From Patescibacteria group bacterium (lineage in GTDB: Bacteria; Patescibacteriota; Patescibacteriia; Patescibacteriales; JBAZCA01): a stretch of 64,000 nucleotides of DNA. Positions 1 to 8,702 of this stretch are shown here, piece by piece (the first letter of the stretch is position 1; each line of letters opens with the position of its first letter). The notes beneath the pieces are model-generated. The model made no database searches, had not been told where the DNA came from, and was given only the letters and a program-made list of their open reading frames with translations. A program made the position numbers and the translations under genes. Location: positions 21,864 through 85,863 of the forward strand of contig JBAZCA010000005.1 in the NCBI GenBank assembly GCA_041671125.1, read 5' to 3'.

Positions 1-1505
1 TGGATAAGGCGACAATCGCTAAAGGCTATACTGTCGCTTATCCAGACGGAAGCTTAAAGCTGTCGCTCGTTCCGGGGATTTTAAGCGAGGACACTCCGGT
101 GGAGATTGAAGAACTGGACGAGGCGTTTTCCTACCCGTGGGAATTAGAAAAAATTAGCCCGGTCATGCAGTTTGAATTTAAAAATAAAGCCGCTTACGAC
201 AACCATAAGCCATTTTACATCCAGTTCAATTACGAAAAGGAAGACGCGGGAATGAAGCAGGTTTTCTTTTACGATAAAACCGCGGGAGCCTGGCGTTCGC
301 TCCCGACCTGGGACAATCCGGAAGAAAACTTCGTCCGCTCTTTAATCCATCTCCCTTACGCCCGGATCGCGGTTTTTACCAACTCGGAAATTTTAACGAG
401 CGGGCGAGCGAGCTGGTATAGTTATAAAAAAGGCCTATTCGCCGCCTCGCCTGATTTTCCTTCCGGTTCAAGGCTCCGGGTTCATGCTCTTGGATCGGAA
501 AAGTTTGTTGATGTTACGGTTAATGATTTTGGCCCGGATAGAAAAGCCCATCCCGACCGGGTTGTTGACTTAACTAAAGAAGCGTTCGCTAAAATCGCCC
601 CGCTTTCCGATGGAACCGTCGGCATCTATGTTGAGCCGCTCGTTATAACCGGCGGGCTTAAAAATAAGCTGGCGGAGTACGGCCGGGGCGCTCCAACTTC
701 CCCGAACCTCGCTTTCCGGGCGGCCATTGTCATGAATGAAGATACCGGAGAAATTCTCCATTCGCAAAACGCTTCCTCAACTTTTCCTCTCGCGAGCCTC
801 ACCAAAATCGTCGCGATAAAAGTATTTTTGGAAGCCCATCCCGACCTTTCGGAAACCGTTGCTTACAGCGTTAAAGACGCCGAGTATAATTACCTTTACT
901 GCAAGCCCTGGGAGTCGGGAAAGCTGGCTTTAGAAGACGGCGAAACCCTGACGGTTAAAGATCTCGTTTATTCCAGCCTGGTCGGCTCAACCAATAATAC
1001 GGTGGAAACGCTAGTCCGGGTTTCGGGTCTGACGCGCGAAGAATTCATAAAAAGGATGAACGAGCTCGTTAAATCTTACGGGGCAATAAGCACCCGCTTT
1101 ATTGAACCGACCGGCCTGGCGCCGGAAAACGTGAGTTCGGCCGGAGATTATGCTATAATAGCGGGAGAGATTTTAGACGACCCGGTGATAAAAGACGCGA
1201 GCGTAACGCAAGTCTATAAATTTACCACCATTAATAAAAATAAACCCCATTCCATAAAAAATACGAACTTTCTCGTCCGGGAAGGAAAATATGAATTTAC
1301 CGGATCAAAAACCGGCTACTTAAACGAAGCGCTTTACTGCCTGATGTCGCGGGTAAAAGCCGAGAATGGCGATAACCTGATTGTCGTTACCATGGGGGCG
1401 AAAACCCGGGACGAGAGTTTTAGAAAAACCGAAGACCTGATTAAATACGGTCTTTTGGCGGTTGAAAAAAGCGAAGCCAGTAAAAACCTGGCTTACGGCG
1501 GGTAA
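1..1505 (+). CDS. RlpA-like (DPBB) domain fused to D-alanyl-D-alanine carboxypeptidase (peptidase S11); 5' end probably outside window
   Basis: Reading frame stays open from base 3 up to the listed GTG at 99. DPBB-like block GRASWYSY..VTVNDFGPD..VVDLTKEAF. S11 motifs SLTK (SxxK), STN (SxN), KTG. Confidence 0.75.
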   Translation, partial: DKATIAKGYTVAYPDGSLKLSLVPGILSEDTPVEIEELDEAFSYPWELEKISPVMQFEFKNKAAYDNHKPFYIQFNYEKEDAGMKQVFFYDKTAGAWRSLPTWDNPEENFVRSLIHLPYARIAVFTNSEILTSGRASWYSYKKGLFAASPDFPSGSRLRVHALGSEKFVDVTVNDFGPDRKAHPDRVVDLTKEAFAKIAPLSDGTVGIYVEPLVITGGLKNKLAEYGRGAPTSPNLAFRAAIVMNEDTGEILHSQNASSTFPLASLTKIVAIKVFLEAHPDLSETVAYSVKDAEYNYLYCKPWESGKLALEDGETLTVKDLVYSSLVGSTNNTVETLVRVSGLTREEFIKRMNELVKSYGAISTRFIEPTGLAPENVSSAGDYAIIAGEILDDPVIKDASVTQVYKFTTINKNKPHSIKNTNFLVREGKYEFTGSKTGYLNEALYCLMSRVKAENGDNLIVVTMGAKTRDESFRKTEDLIKYGLLAVEKSEASKNLAYGG

Positions 1506-1526
1506 TGTTATTTCTAACTAAAATTT

Positions 1527-2207
1527 GTGATAAAACTTTTAAATGTTTCAAAAATTTATCAGCCTGACATCAAAGCCTTAAACCAGGTAACTTTGCATAT
1601 AAAGCCGGGGGAATTCGTCTCCATTGTCGGCCAGTCAGGCACCGGAAAAACAACGGTCATAAAAGCCCTGATCGGCGAAGAAAGAGTATCGTCCGGAAAA
1701 GTAATAATCGGCGGCTGGGATGTTACGCGGATAAAGCCCGCGGACGTTCCGTTTCTTAGGCGCCAGATCGGCGTAATTTTTCAGGATTTTAAGCTTCTGC
1801 CGAAAAAATCACTTGAAGAAAATATCGCTTTCGCTTTGCAGGTCTGCGGGCAGGCGCCGAAAAAAATTAAGACCATTGTCCCGCACGTGATGAAAATCGT
1901 CGGGCTGGAAGATAAGATGCGCCGCTATCCTAACGAAGTTTCCGGCGGGGAACAACAGCGCGCCGCGATCGCCAGGGCGCTCGTCCACAGGCCGAAAATA
2001 CTTTTAGCCGACGAACCGACCGGCAACCTTGATTCAATCAACACCAAAGATATTATTGACCTTTTACTGAAAATAAATAAGTTCGGCACAACCGTGGTTT
2101 TAGTCACCCATAACCGCGAAGTGGTGAACCGCCTGAAGCGCCGGGTAATTACCCTTGACCGCGGCTGCCTTATTAGCGATCAGGAATGCGGGAAATATAT
2201 TTTGTAA
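1527..2207 (+). CDS. ftsE: Cell division ATP-binding protein FtsE (ABC ATPase)
   Basis: Walker A GQSGTGKT, signature VSGGEQQR, Walker B ILLADEPTGNLD. Directly upstream of an FtsX-like permease. GTG start. Confidence 0.9.
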   Translation: MIKLLNVSKIYQPDIKALNQVTLHIKPGEFVSIVGQSGTGKTTVIKALIGEERVSSGKVIIGGWDVTRIKPADVPFLRRQIGVIFQDFKLLPKKSLEENIAFALQVCGQAPKKIKTIVPHVMKIVGLEDKMRRYPNEVSGGEQQRAAIARALVHRPKILLADEPTGNLDSINTKDIIDLLLKINKFGTTVVLVTHNREVVNRLKRRVITLDRGCLISDQECGKYIL

Positions 2208-2283
2208 AGTCCCGAAGTCCAAGAGTCCGGAAGGCTTGATTGCTTGATGACTTCGGACTTTCTGACTTATAGACTTTAGACTA
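2208..2283. repeat. Spacer hairpin of the AGTC-word family
   Basis: agtcccgaagtcc...gacttcggact inverted pair. Same word style (agtcaaRagtc) as 38662-38727, 40325-40397 and 52856-52887. Confidence 0.7.
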
Positions 2284-2291
2284 TTATTTTT

Positions 2292-3203
2292 ATGTTTTTA
2301 TCCTTAATCCGCGTAATTAAATTCAGTCTGCAGGATATTTACCGCAATATTTGGCTTTCGCTCGTTACGGTAACAATCCTTATCCTCGCCCTTTTTTCCG
2401 TTAACATGCTTTTAGCTGTTGAAGCGATCAGCCGGGCGGCGATTGATTCGGTAAAAGAAAAAATAGACATCAATCTTTACCTTAAATCCGAGGCGAACGA
2501 CGAGGAAATCCTCGCGGTTAAGTCAAAAGTTTCCAACCTGGAAGAAGTAAAAGAAGTCCGCTATATTTCTAAAGAGGAAGCCATGGAAAAATTTAACGAA
2601 AAGCATAAAAACGATCCGGACATGCTTGAAGCCTTAAAAGAATTAAACGACAACCCGCTTACCCCGACACTTGTTATCCGCGCTAAAGATATTGACCAAT
2701 ATGGAAGCCTGATCGCGAAAATCAACGCGATTGACAGCCCGGCCATTGAATCGCGGAATTTTAATGACCATAAAACCATCCTGAAAAGAATTGACGCCAT
2801 AACAACGAAAGTCTCCGAAGCCGGCGCCATCATCAGCCTGATTTTTGTTCTCATAACCGCGTTCCTCGTTTACAATTCCATCCGCGTTGCGATTTATATC
2901 CACCGACGGGAAATCGGCATCATGCGCTTAGTCGGCGCCTCAAACTCGTTCATAAAAATGCCATACCTCGTCTCCAGCGCGATTTACACTTTAGCCGGGC
3001 TCTTAGCGGTCATAGCGATATTTTTTCCTTTTCTCGGACTTTTACAGCCCTACCTTGAAGCCTTTTTCATTGACTATAATATAGACATTATTTCCTATTT
3101 CTCTAATAATTTTCTTAAGATCTTCGGTCTGCAGTTCCTCGCCCTCGCCGCCGTCAACGCCATAGCCAGCCTTATTGCGGTGAGTAAGTATTCAAAGGTG
3201 TAG
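2292..3203 (+). CDS. ftsX: Cell division permease FtsX-like
   Basis: 303 aa. N-terminal TM, periplasmic-type domain, then three C-terminal TM helices. Follows ftsE. Confidence 0.8.
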   Translation: MFLSLIRVIKFSLQDIYRNIWLSLVTVTILILALFSVNMLLAVEAISRAAIDSVKEKIDINLYLKSEANDEEILAVKSKVSNLEEVKEVRYISKEEAMEKFNEKHKNDPDMLEALKELNDNPLTPTLVIRAKDIDQYGSLIAKINAIDSPAIESRNFNDHKTILKRIDAITTKVSEAGAIISLIFVLITAFLVYNSIRVAIYIHRREIGIMRLVGASNSFIKMPYLVSSAIYTLAGLLAVIAIFFPFLGLLQPYLEAFFIDYNIDIISYFSNNFLKIFGLQFLALAAVNAIASLIAVSKYSKV

Positions 3204-3256
3204 GGATGGGACTTACGCGTTCGGCGCAAATGCCCGCTCTTGTTCCGCTAAGATCT

Positions 3257-3400
3257 GCCTCACCCCCAACCCCTCTCCATTAACTGATGTTAATAGAGAG
3301 GGGAGCCAGAGGAATAAATTTAATAAAAATTATCCTTATTATTCCAGCTCCCCTCTCCATACCGCAATACTGCGGGATGGAGAGGGGTCGGGGGTGAGGC
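3257..3400. repeat. Nested palindrome of the GCCTCACCCC..CCCCTCTCCAT family
   Basis: gcctcacccccaacccctctccat (3257-3280) pairs with atggagaggggtcgggggtgaggc (3377-3400). Inner pair is agagaggggagc / gctcccctctcc. Related copies at 31600-31653 and 19137-19160. Confidence 0.85.
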
Positions 3401-3416
3401 AAACCAGCATAAAACA

Positions 3417-3451
3417 GCCGGTCACGCATTAAAACCGCGGACCGGTTTTTA
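3417..3451 (+). terminator. Hairpin plus T-run
   Basis: ccggtc..gaccgg stem followed by ttttt. Confidence 0.5.
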
Positions 3452-3473
3452 GTTTGGCTGTTTTGAGATTTTT

Positions 3474-3944
3474 TTGACAAAAACCGGAGATTATATTAAG
3501 GTGCAGGCAACCGAAAACCTGAAACAGGAGGAAAAATTGAAATTGGAACAAATCATTCAGCGGCTAAGGGACGAGGGTACGCCCCAATGCGACGCGTCGT
3601 CGCAGGAAGGTTGTGCTCTCAAAGGTGTTGACTTTTTTGTTTATCTGCCCAACAAATGTGGTTTCATTAGGGCTGTCGGACGTCTCTTTGCCAAGACTGA
3701 AGACAACGAAGAGAGAGCGGTCGCTGAGACGGAGCTTTTTTATCAGCTCCAGGAAGGCGATAAAATATCCCAGCAGGCGGCGCTGGGATATCTTCTACAT
3801 AACAAGCCGTTGATAGAAAATTGGGTCCGTTTGTTCGATTTTATGACGGATCCAAAAAATTCGGATATTGTAACATTAGCCAGGCAAGTCATGCCTGGCG
3901 AATGTGAACACTTTCCGGATTCCGCTTCACCCCCCGCCGCCTAA
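3474..3944 (+). CDS. Hypothetical protein
   Basis: 156-aa ORF with a TTG start and no motif I recognise. Followed by a hairpin terminator. Confidence 0.4.
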   Translation: MTKTGDYIKVQATENLKQEEKLKLEQIIQRLRDEGTPQCDASSQEGCALKGVDFFVYLPNKCGFIRAVGRLFAKTEDNEERAVAETELFYQLQEGDKISQQAALGYLLHNKPLIENWVRLFDFMTDPKNSDIVTLARQVMPGECEHFPDSASPPAA

Positions 3945-4021
3945 CCCCGCCACCCCCGCTCTTTTCAAAACCCTACCCCCGCTCTTTCAAACCCCGTTTC
4001 AAATACCCACCCAAAACACAA

Positions 4022-4066
4022 AGCCGGTCAGCGATTCTTCCTTTCGCGCGACCGGCTTTTTCTTTT
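4022..4066. terminator. Bidirectional hairpin between convergent genes
   Basis: agccggtc..gaccggct stem with T-runs on both strands. Confidence 0.5.
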
Positions 4067-4078
4067 TGGGAATTTTTT

Positions 4079-4573
4079 TTAGTTAGTGATTTCCACTCCA
4101 CCGAAAATGGCGGCGCCTTTTAAATTAAGGGTTATGTTTCCGGCGCCCGAGGTATGGTTATCATAGCCGCCGAAGATGGCCGTGCCTTTGGAGTTAACTT
4201 TCCAGTTTTTTGGGATCATGATTTTTAAGCCGCCGAAGATGGCGGTCACTTCCATTTCAATATTCTCTCCGGCGGTTTTTACCTCTCTAAGATCAAGTTC
4301 GCCGCCGCCGAAGACAACAACGACTTTTCCGCCCTGAAAATTTTCCGAAGTAATAGTTTTTTCAATCGGGCTGAATATTATTGCCTCGTTTAAATAATCC
4401 TCGCCCGAAGTCCTTTTTTCACCGCTTAAGGCGATACCCCGCCTCCGGCCGGTGAGGATTCTTACGCCTATCGCGATAAGAATTACCGAAAAGGCGATCT
4501 TAAAGAAATTTTCTCCGAAAAAGGCGCTGAGCCCGATGATGATTAAAACTATCCCGGCAATTATTCTTCCCAT
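4079..4573 (-). CDS. LiaF-like cell-wall stress response protein (DUF2154-type C-terminal domain)
   Basis: Two N-terminal TM helices, then repeated beta motifs VVFGGGELDL, TAIFGGLKI, TAIFGGYD, AAIFGGVEI, typical of the LiaF C-terminal domain. Confidence 0.65.
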   Translation of the reverse strand: MGRIIAGIVLIIIGLSAFFGENFFKIAFSVILIAIGVRILTGRRRGIALSGEKRTSGEDYLNEAIIFSPIEKTITSENFQGGKVVVVFGGGELDLREVKTAGENIEMEVTAIFGGLKIMIPKNWKVNSKGTAIFGGYDNHTSGAGNITLNLKGAAIFGGVEITN

Positions 4574-4574
4574 A

Positions 4575-5021
4575 TTAATTATTGAAATTAAGATTAAAAT
4601 TTTGAACGAAATTTATGAGTCCCGCGGGCAGGCCGCCTAAAAGGGAAGACTGAACATGGATCAGGCCGTAGATAATGATAAATCCATAAACGGCCAGGGA
4701 AGCGAGAAAGAGTAGAGCCCCGGCGCCCGGAGCATGCCCAAGAAGGATCTTAATCCCGGCTAAAATAAGGAGAGCCGGCCAGAAGACCCAGATGTAATTC
4801 CAGATTTCCCAGGGAATAACGCCGAGGGTGTTTAAAAGGAGAATTATTCCGGCAAAAAGAATAGCAACGCCAACGCCCGGATCGCCGCGACGGCAACAGC
4901 CGTTGTAATCATGGTTTTGATGGCTTCCGCAACAACCCTTCCGGTTTTTTCCGGAATAAACTTCTTCGCCGAAAACATGGACATTCGGCTCTGATTTTTT
5001 AGCCTCATTTTTTTCTTCCAT
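4575..5021 (-). CDS. Membrane protein, LiaI/LiaF-TM (DUF5668)-like, Cys/His-rich N-terminus
   Basis: CCGSHQNHDYNGCC followed by four hydrophobic helices. Start moved to ATG 5021 because the listed start (5060) lies inside a spacer hairpin (5029-5064). Confidence 0.5.
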   Translation of the reverse strand: MEEKNEAKKSEPNVHVFGEEVYSGKNRKGCCGSHQNHDYNGCCRRGDPGVGVAILFAGIILLLNTLGVIPWEIWNYIWVFWPALLILAGIKILLGHAPGAGALLFLASLAVYGFIIIYGLIHVQSSLLGGLPAGLINFVQNFNLNFNN

Positions 5022-5078
5022 AAGTTTATGAGATGGTAGTAAAAGTAATTTTGTAACCATCTCAATGTTAGCTATTAA

Positions 5079-5411
5079 TTATTTTTTCTTTTTCGCTTTT
5101 CCGTTGCCCTCGCTGGCGTGGCGGGCGACTGAGTTGATGAAGCCGAGGATAACTCCCATACCGACGAAAATATAGATGATGGAAAATATTTTTCCGGCGT
5201 CGGTTCGCGGAGCCAGGTCGCCGTAGCCGACCGTAGTCAGCGTCGTAACGCTGAAGTAAAAAGAATCCAGCCATCTCCAGCCTTCAATTAGATGGTAATA
5301 ATAAGTGCCAAAAATAAGAATACCGATAACGAAAAGCAGAAGCCCGCGGAATTCGGGATCTTTTAAACTTCTCAGTATGGACCAGGCGTACCGGAATATG
5401 TTTAAGAGCAT
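5079..5411 (-). CDS. Two-TM potassium channel (110 aa, no cytoplasmic domain)
   Basis: Selectivity filter TTLTTVGYGD flanked by two TM helices. Confidence 0.8.
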   Translation of the reverse strand: MLLNIFRYAWSILRSLKDPEFRGLLLFVIGILIFGTYYYHLIEGWRWLDSFYFSVTTLTTVGYGDLAPRTDAGKIFSIIYIFVGMGVILGFINSVARHASEGNGKAKKKK

Positions 5412-5444
5412 AAATTAATTCAGCGGCCGATTGCCTTAAAAAAA

Positions 5445-5975
5445 TTAAAACATTTTGCCGATAAAAATACCGGCCGAGTACGTAAGGGCGAGAACGACGC
5501 ACATGATAAATAAATGTTCACCGACGATTTTAATTGAATTTTTTTTGTCCTCCCCTAAAAAATAGCTGAAAATCCCTAAAAGCAAAAATCCATAAATAAA
5601 ACTTACGAGGGCGGCCGTTCCAAGGCTGAATAGTACGAAGGGAAAAATAAAAGACGAAGCGAATATTGCTTTGGACAAAAGAGTGGCTATTGTTGATTGC
5701 CAGATTTCTTTTTCAGTATGTTCTTTTTGCGACTCTTCGGAAATATGAATACCGAGCGCGTCGGAAAACGAATCAGCGATCGCGATAGTAATAATGCCGC
5801 CGATGATTGCCAGCCGCGAATGGGTGCTTGAGTAAATCCCCATAATCAATCCGAGAGTAGTAATCACGCCGGAAGTAAGGCCGAAACTGAATCCGGTCTT
5901 GATGGATTTGCACAGCAGATATTTCACGCCTGATTCCTTATAGCCGTTTATTGTTTCTTTGCATTTATTGATCAT
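5445..5975 (-). CDS. VIT1/CCC1-like (DUF125) membrane protein
   Basis: FGLTSGVITTLGLIMG and IADSFSDALGIHISEES resemble VIT family helices. Multi-TM. Confidence 0.55.
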   Translation of the reverse strand: MINKCKETINGYKESGVKYLLCKSIKTGFSFGLTSGVITTLGLIMGIYSSTHSRLAIIGGIITIAIADSFSDALGIHISEESQKEHTEKEIWQSTIATLLSKAIFASSFIFPFVLFSLGTAALVSFIYGFLLLGIFSYFLGEDKKNSIKIVGEHLFIMCVVLALTYSAGIFIGKMF

Positions 5976-6032
5976 ACTGGTATTATTTTACCATTCCTTA
6001 TTCATTTATAAAATAGGTCTGAATTTCCGGGT

Positions 6033-6064
6033 AAAAAAATAACGCCTATGCGGGCGTTATTTTG
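6033..6064. terminator. Bidirectional rho-independent terminator
   Basis: ataacgcc tatgcg ggcgttat stem with an A-run before it and a T-run after it. Confidence 0.6.
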
Positions 6065-6150
6065 ACTGGCTCGGGGACGCGGACAGCTTTCGGACTTTTC
6101 CGGTTGAAGAGATTTTTTTGGCCGTTAAAGAGAATTGGCTTTTTGTTAAA

Positions 6151-6329
6151 GAGATGAGAGCGGGATCCGGAATTGAACCGGCAACAAATTCATCAAGCCC
6201 CGCATGGAAGAGAACTAATTTTTTACTTAAGCCAAGACACAAATAGCACCCAAGTATATTCTTAATTTGGTACTCTTCCATGCTCTCCATGGTAATAGTT
6301 TCTGATCACCCTTTTCCCGCTCTCATCTC
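6151..6329. ncRNA. Candidate structured RNA (or MITE) bounded by a perfect 15-bp inverted repeat
   Basis: gagatgagagcggga (6151-6165) and tcccgctctcatctc (6315-6329). Nested perfect 11-bp stem gcatggaagag/ctcttccatgc. On the minus strand there is a T-arm-like hairpin CCGGTTCAATTCCGG just before the closing stem. Sits between two terminators. Confidence 0.3.
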
Positions 6330-6370
6330 ATAATCTCTAAAAAAACAAAAATAAGCTTTACGGAAAAGTA

Positions 6371-6619
6371 TTAATTCCGTAAAGCTTTAACAATAGCGAT
6401 AAGCACGATGGCGCCGAATAACGCGACTAAAAAGCTATATAAATTGAAGCCGGTTACGGCGCTTTTCCCTAAAAAACTCATTAGCCAGCCGCCGATAATC
6501 GCTCCGATAATGCCAACGACAATATTCAGCGCGATCCCTTGTTGCGGACTGGTTTTCATGATAATTGAAGCGATCCAGCCGACTAAAGCGCCAAAGATAA
6601 TCCAAAGAATAATTCCCAT
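6371..6619 (-). CDS. GlsB/YeaQ/YmgE family (transglycosylase-associated) membrane protein
   Basis: 82 aa, GALVGWIAS...GIIGAIIGGW pattern. Paralogue of 8332-8580. Confidence 0.8.
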   Translation of the reverse strand: MGIILWIIFGALVGWIASIIMKTSPQQGIALNIVVGIIGAIIGGWLMSFLGKSAVTGFNLYSFLVALFGAIVLIAIVKALRN

Positions 6620-6639
6620 ATTAGTTAGTTATAAATTTA

Positions 6640-6996
6640 TTATTTTTCCTGGCTATTCAATTTAGCCGCGGCTTCAGGAGTTGAAACTGTTTTTCCCGCT
6701 ATAAACAGTTTGACGATGCCTATGGCAAGAATCCAGTACACCAGCATGGCGAGCAGGGTAGTCCATTCAAAAATACTGCCTTGAATATAAGTTACGCGGA
6801 ATACGCTGATAAATGGAGCCGCGAAAACATAGGTTATCCCATAGATGAGGCTGGTAAAGCCGGCGGCCGGGTTGGCGCTGAGAAACTTTAAAATAAATCT
6901 AAAAGCCAAGAAAACTTCTATCAAGCTAAGAATATACCAGACAATTTGAGTGCCTCTGTATAGTGGTTTGGTTGTTGGTGAATTATATGAGTCCAT
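6640..6996 (-). CDS. YggT family membrane protein
   Basis: QIVWYILSLIEVFLAFRFILKFLSANP...AAPFISVF pattern and four hydrophobic segments. Confidence 0.6.
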   Translation of the reverse strand: MDSYNSPTTKPLYRGTQIVWYILSLIEVFLAFRFILKFLSANPAAGFTSLIYGITYVFAAPFISVFRVTYIQGSIFEWTTLLAMLVYWILAIGIVKLFIAGKTVSTPEAAAKLNSQEK

Positions 6997-7116
6997 ATTT
7001 TTTTCCCGCCCGGAGGAGGAGAGTTAATAAGTTAAGATTTTTTAATTCCGCGGTCAGCAAGTCTTCACTTTTTAATAATTAATATTTAAACCCGTTAACA
7101 ACTGCGTGAAAAATCC

Positions 7117-7734
7117 CTAAATTTTAGAGTCAGAAGGAATCGGTCTCCTTTTTAGTTTGTCAATTTCTTTGATTAACTTATTTATCCTGGCTTCCATTTT
7201 CTGCGTCCTTTCCGTAAGATTGTTTTCAAAATTCTTGGTATGATTGGCGAGCGATTCAGCGACGGTCGTCATTTCCGTAATATCTTCAATAGCCAGTATT
7301 ATTATTTGCCGGAATGATTCAGGGGGAAGCGGTTCTTTAAAAATAGCGTCTTCTTGGAAATATATCCGTCGGGCATTTAAAATCATTATCTTCTGCCCGA
7401 TGGAAGGAAAGTTATGGGTGACCTCAAAGCCTTTGAAAAAGGTGTCTTTGGGCAGAATATCTTCAAGCAGTTTTCGCAAGGCGGGAATATTCCATTGGCC
7501 GTCTCCAAGCTCAAATACGATCTTATTTTCGGTTTCCTTCGGTTCAACCTGGAATTTCCTGTAAAAAGGTTCATTGGCCGCTATTACCCGAAGGTTTTTA
7601 TCCAGAATTAATACCGGCTCGCGCACAACATCAACTACAGTCCTTATGTAGGTTAGGCCTTTCCCCCATAAATGTTCAAAAAAATACTCACTACCGGGCG
7701 CAAAAGTCTTTTTTCCGCTGTTTTTCTTTGTCAT
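7117..7734 (-). CDS. Stand-alone PAS domain protein with C-terminal coiled coil
   Basis: VREPVLILDKNLRVIAANEPFYRKF...ILNARRI matches a PAS fold pattern. No output domain. Confidence 0.6.
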   Translation of the reverse strand: MTKKNSGKKTFAPGSEYFFEHLWGKGLTYIRTVVDVVREPVLILDKNLRVIAANEPFYRKFQVEPKETENKIVFELGDGQWNIPALRKLLEDILPKDTFFKGFEVTHNFPSIGQKIMILNARRIYFQEDAIFKEPLPPESFRQIIILAIEDITEMTTVAESLANHTKNFENNLTERTQKMEARINKLIKEIDKLKRRPIPSDSKI

Positions 7735-7791
7735 ATACTTAATGTTATATTAATGAGCCGTCGGTAGACTTAAACCATTACAGATAAAATT

Positions 7792-8310
7792 ATGACTACA
7801 CAGAACGTAAAAAAATCGCAAGCGGATCTGACTTTGGCGTACCATAACCACCAAAAAGAACTTATTCTTTACGCGCTTTCAAAAACTCAAGACCGCGATA
7901 TGAGCGAAGATCTGATCCAGCAGACTTTTATAAAAACCTGGACTTATCTGGTTAAGCAGGGAAAGATTGATTTAATGAAAGCTTTCCTTTACCACGTATT
8001 AAAAAATCTCATCGTAGACCAGTATAGGAAGCCTAAAACAATTTCGCTGGATGCCCTGCTTTCAAAAGGTTTTGAAGCGAAGGTCGGCGATCCGGAGCGA
8101 CTGGTAAATATTATTGACGGAAAGGCGGCGTTTAGCCTAATCAAAAATCTCCCCGAAAAATATCAAAGGGTAATGGAAATGCGTTACGCGCGGGATCTGT
8201 CCCTTAAAGAAATGTCTATTATCACCGGACAGTCTATAAACGCCATGGCCGTGCAATCGCACAGGGGGCTCTTAAAGCTTAAATTGCTATATGATCATGC
8301 CAGCGCTTAA
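7792..8310 (+). CDS. ECF-type RNA polymerase sigma factor
   Basis: Region 2 DLIQQTFIKTWTY. Region 4 HTH LSLKEMSIITGQSINAMAVQSHRGLLKLK. Confidence 0.8.
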   Translation: MTTQNVKKSQADLTLAYHNHQKELILYALSKTQDRDMSEDLIQQTFIKTWTYLVKQGKIDLMKAFLYHVLKNLIVDQYRKPKTISLDALLSKGFEAKVGDPERLVNIIDGKAAFSLIKNLPEKYQRVMEMRYARDLSLKEMSIITGQSINAMAVQSHRGLLKLKLLYDHASA

Positions 8311-8331
8311 TTAATTTTTAAAATAAAATTT

Positions 8332-8580
8332 ATGGGAATTCTTCTTTGGATTCTGTTTGGCGGTTTAGTCGGCTGGATCGCGTCAATGATTATGAAGACT
8401 GACGCCCAGCAAGGCATCGCGCTAAACATCATAGTCGGCATTGTCGGCGCGGTAATCGGGGGCTGGATTATGAGCTTCATCGGCAAAAGCGGAGTAGGCG
8501 GTTTTAATCTTTACAGCTTCCTGGTGGCCTTGCTTGGAGCCATCATCCTTATAGCCGTTGTCAAAGCCCTGCGGCGGTAA
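8332..8580 (+). CDS. GlsB/YeaQ/YmgE family membrane protein (second copy)
   Basis: 82 aa, collinear with the 6371-6619 product. Most differences are conservative. Confidence 0.8.
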   Translation: MGILLWILFGGLVGWIASMIMKTDAQQGIALNIIVGIVGAVIGGWIMSFIGKSGVGGFNLYSFLVALLGAIILIAVVKALRR

Positions 8581-8633
8581 TAGTATTTAAACAGATAACA
8601 ATCATTTTTTGTTTATGATCAAAAAATAAAAAA

Positions 8634-8673
8634 CCGTAGAGATGAGTCAATGCCTCATCTCTACGGTTTTTTT
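8634..8673. terminator. Bidirectional rho-independent terminator
   Basis: ccgtagagatgag tcaatgc ctcatctctacgg (13-bp stem), A-run upstream and ttttttt downstream. Confidence 0.75.
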
Positions 8674-8702
8674 GCTCGGGGTAGTGGATGAAGTTAGAAA
8701 TG

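Noticed and set aside
3280-3480. 66-aa ORF (..LPHPRPLSIPQYCGMERGAG..)
   Set aside because: It is encoded entirely by the nested CCCCTCTCC palindrome and the following terminator. It is a translation artefact of a repeat.
6057-6290. 77-aa minus-strand ORF
   Set aside because: It spans a terminator and most of the 15-bp-stem structured element, and it has no protein-like features. The region is better treated as an RNA or MITE candidate.
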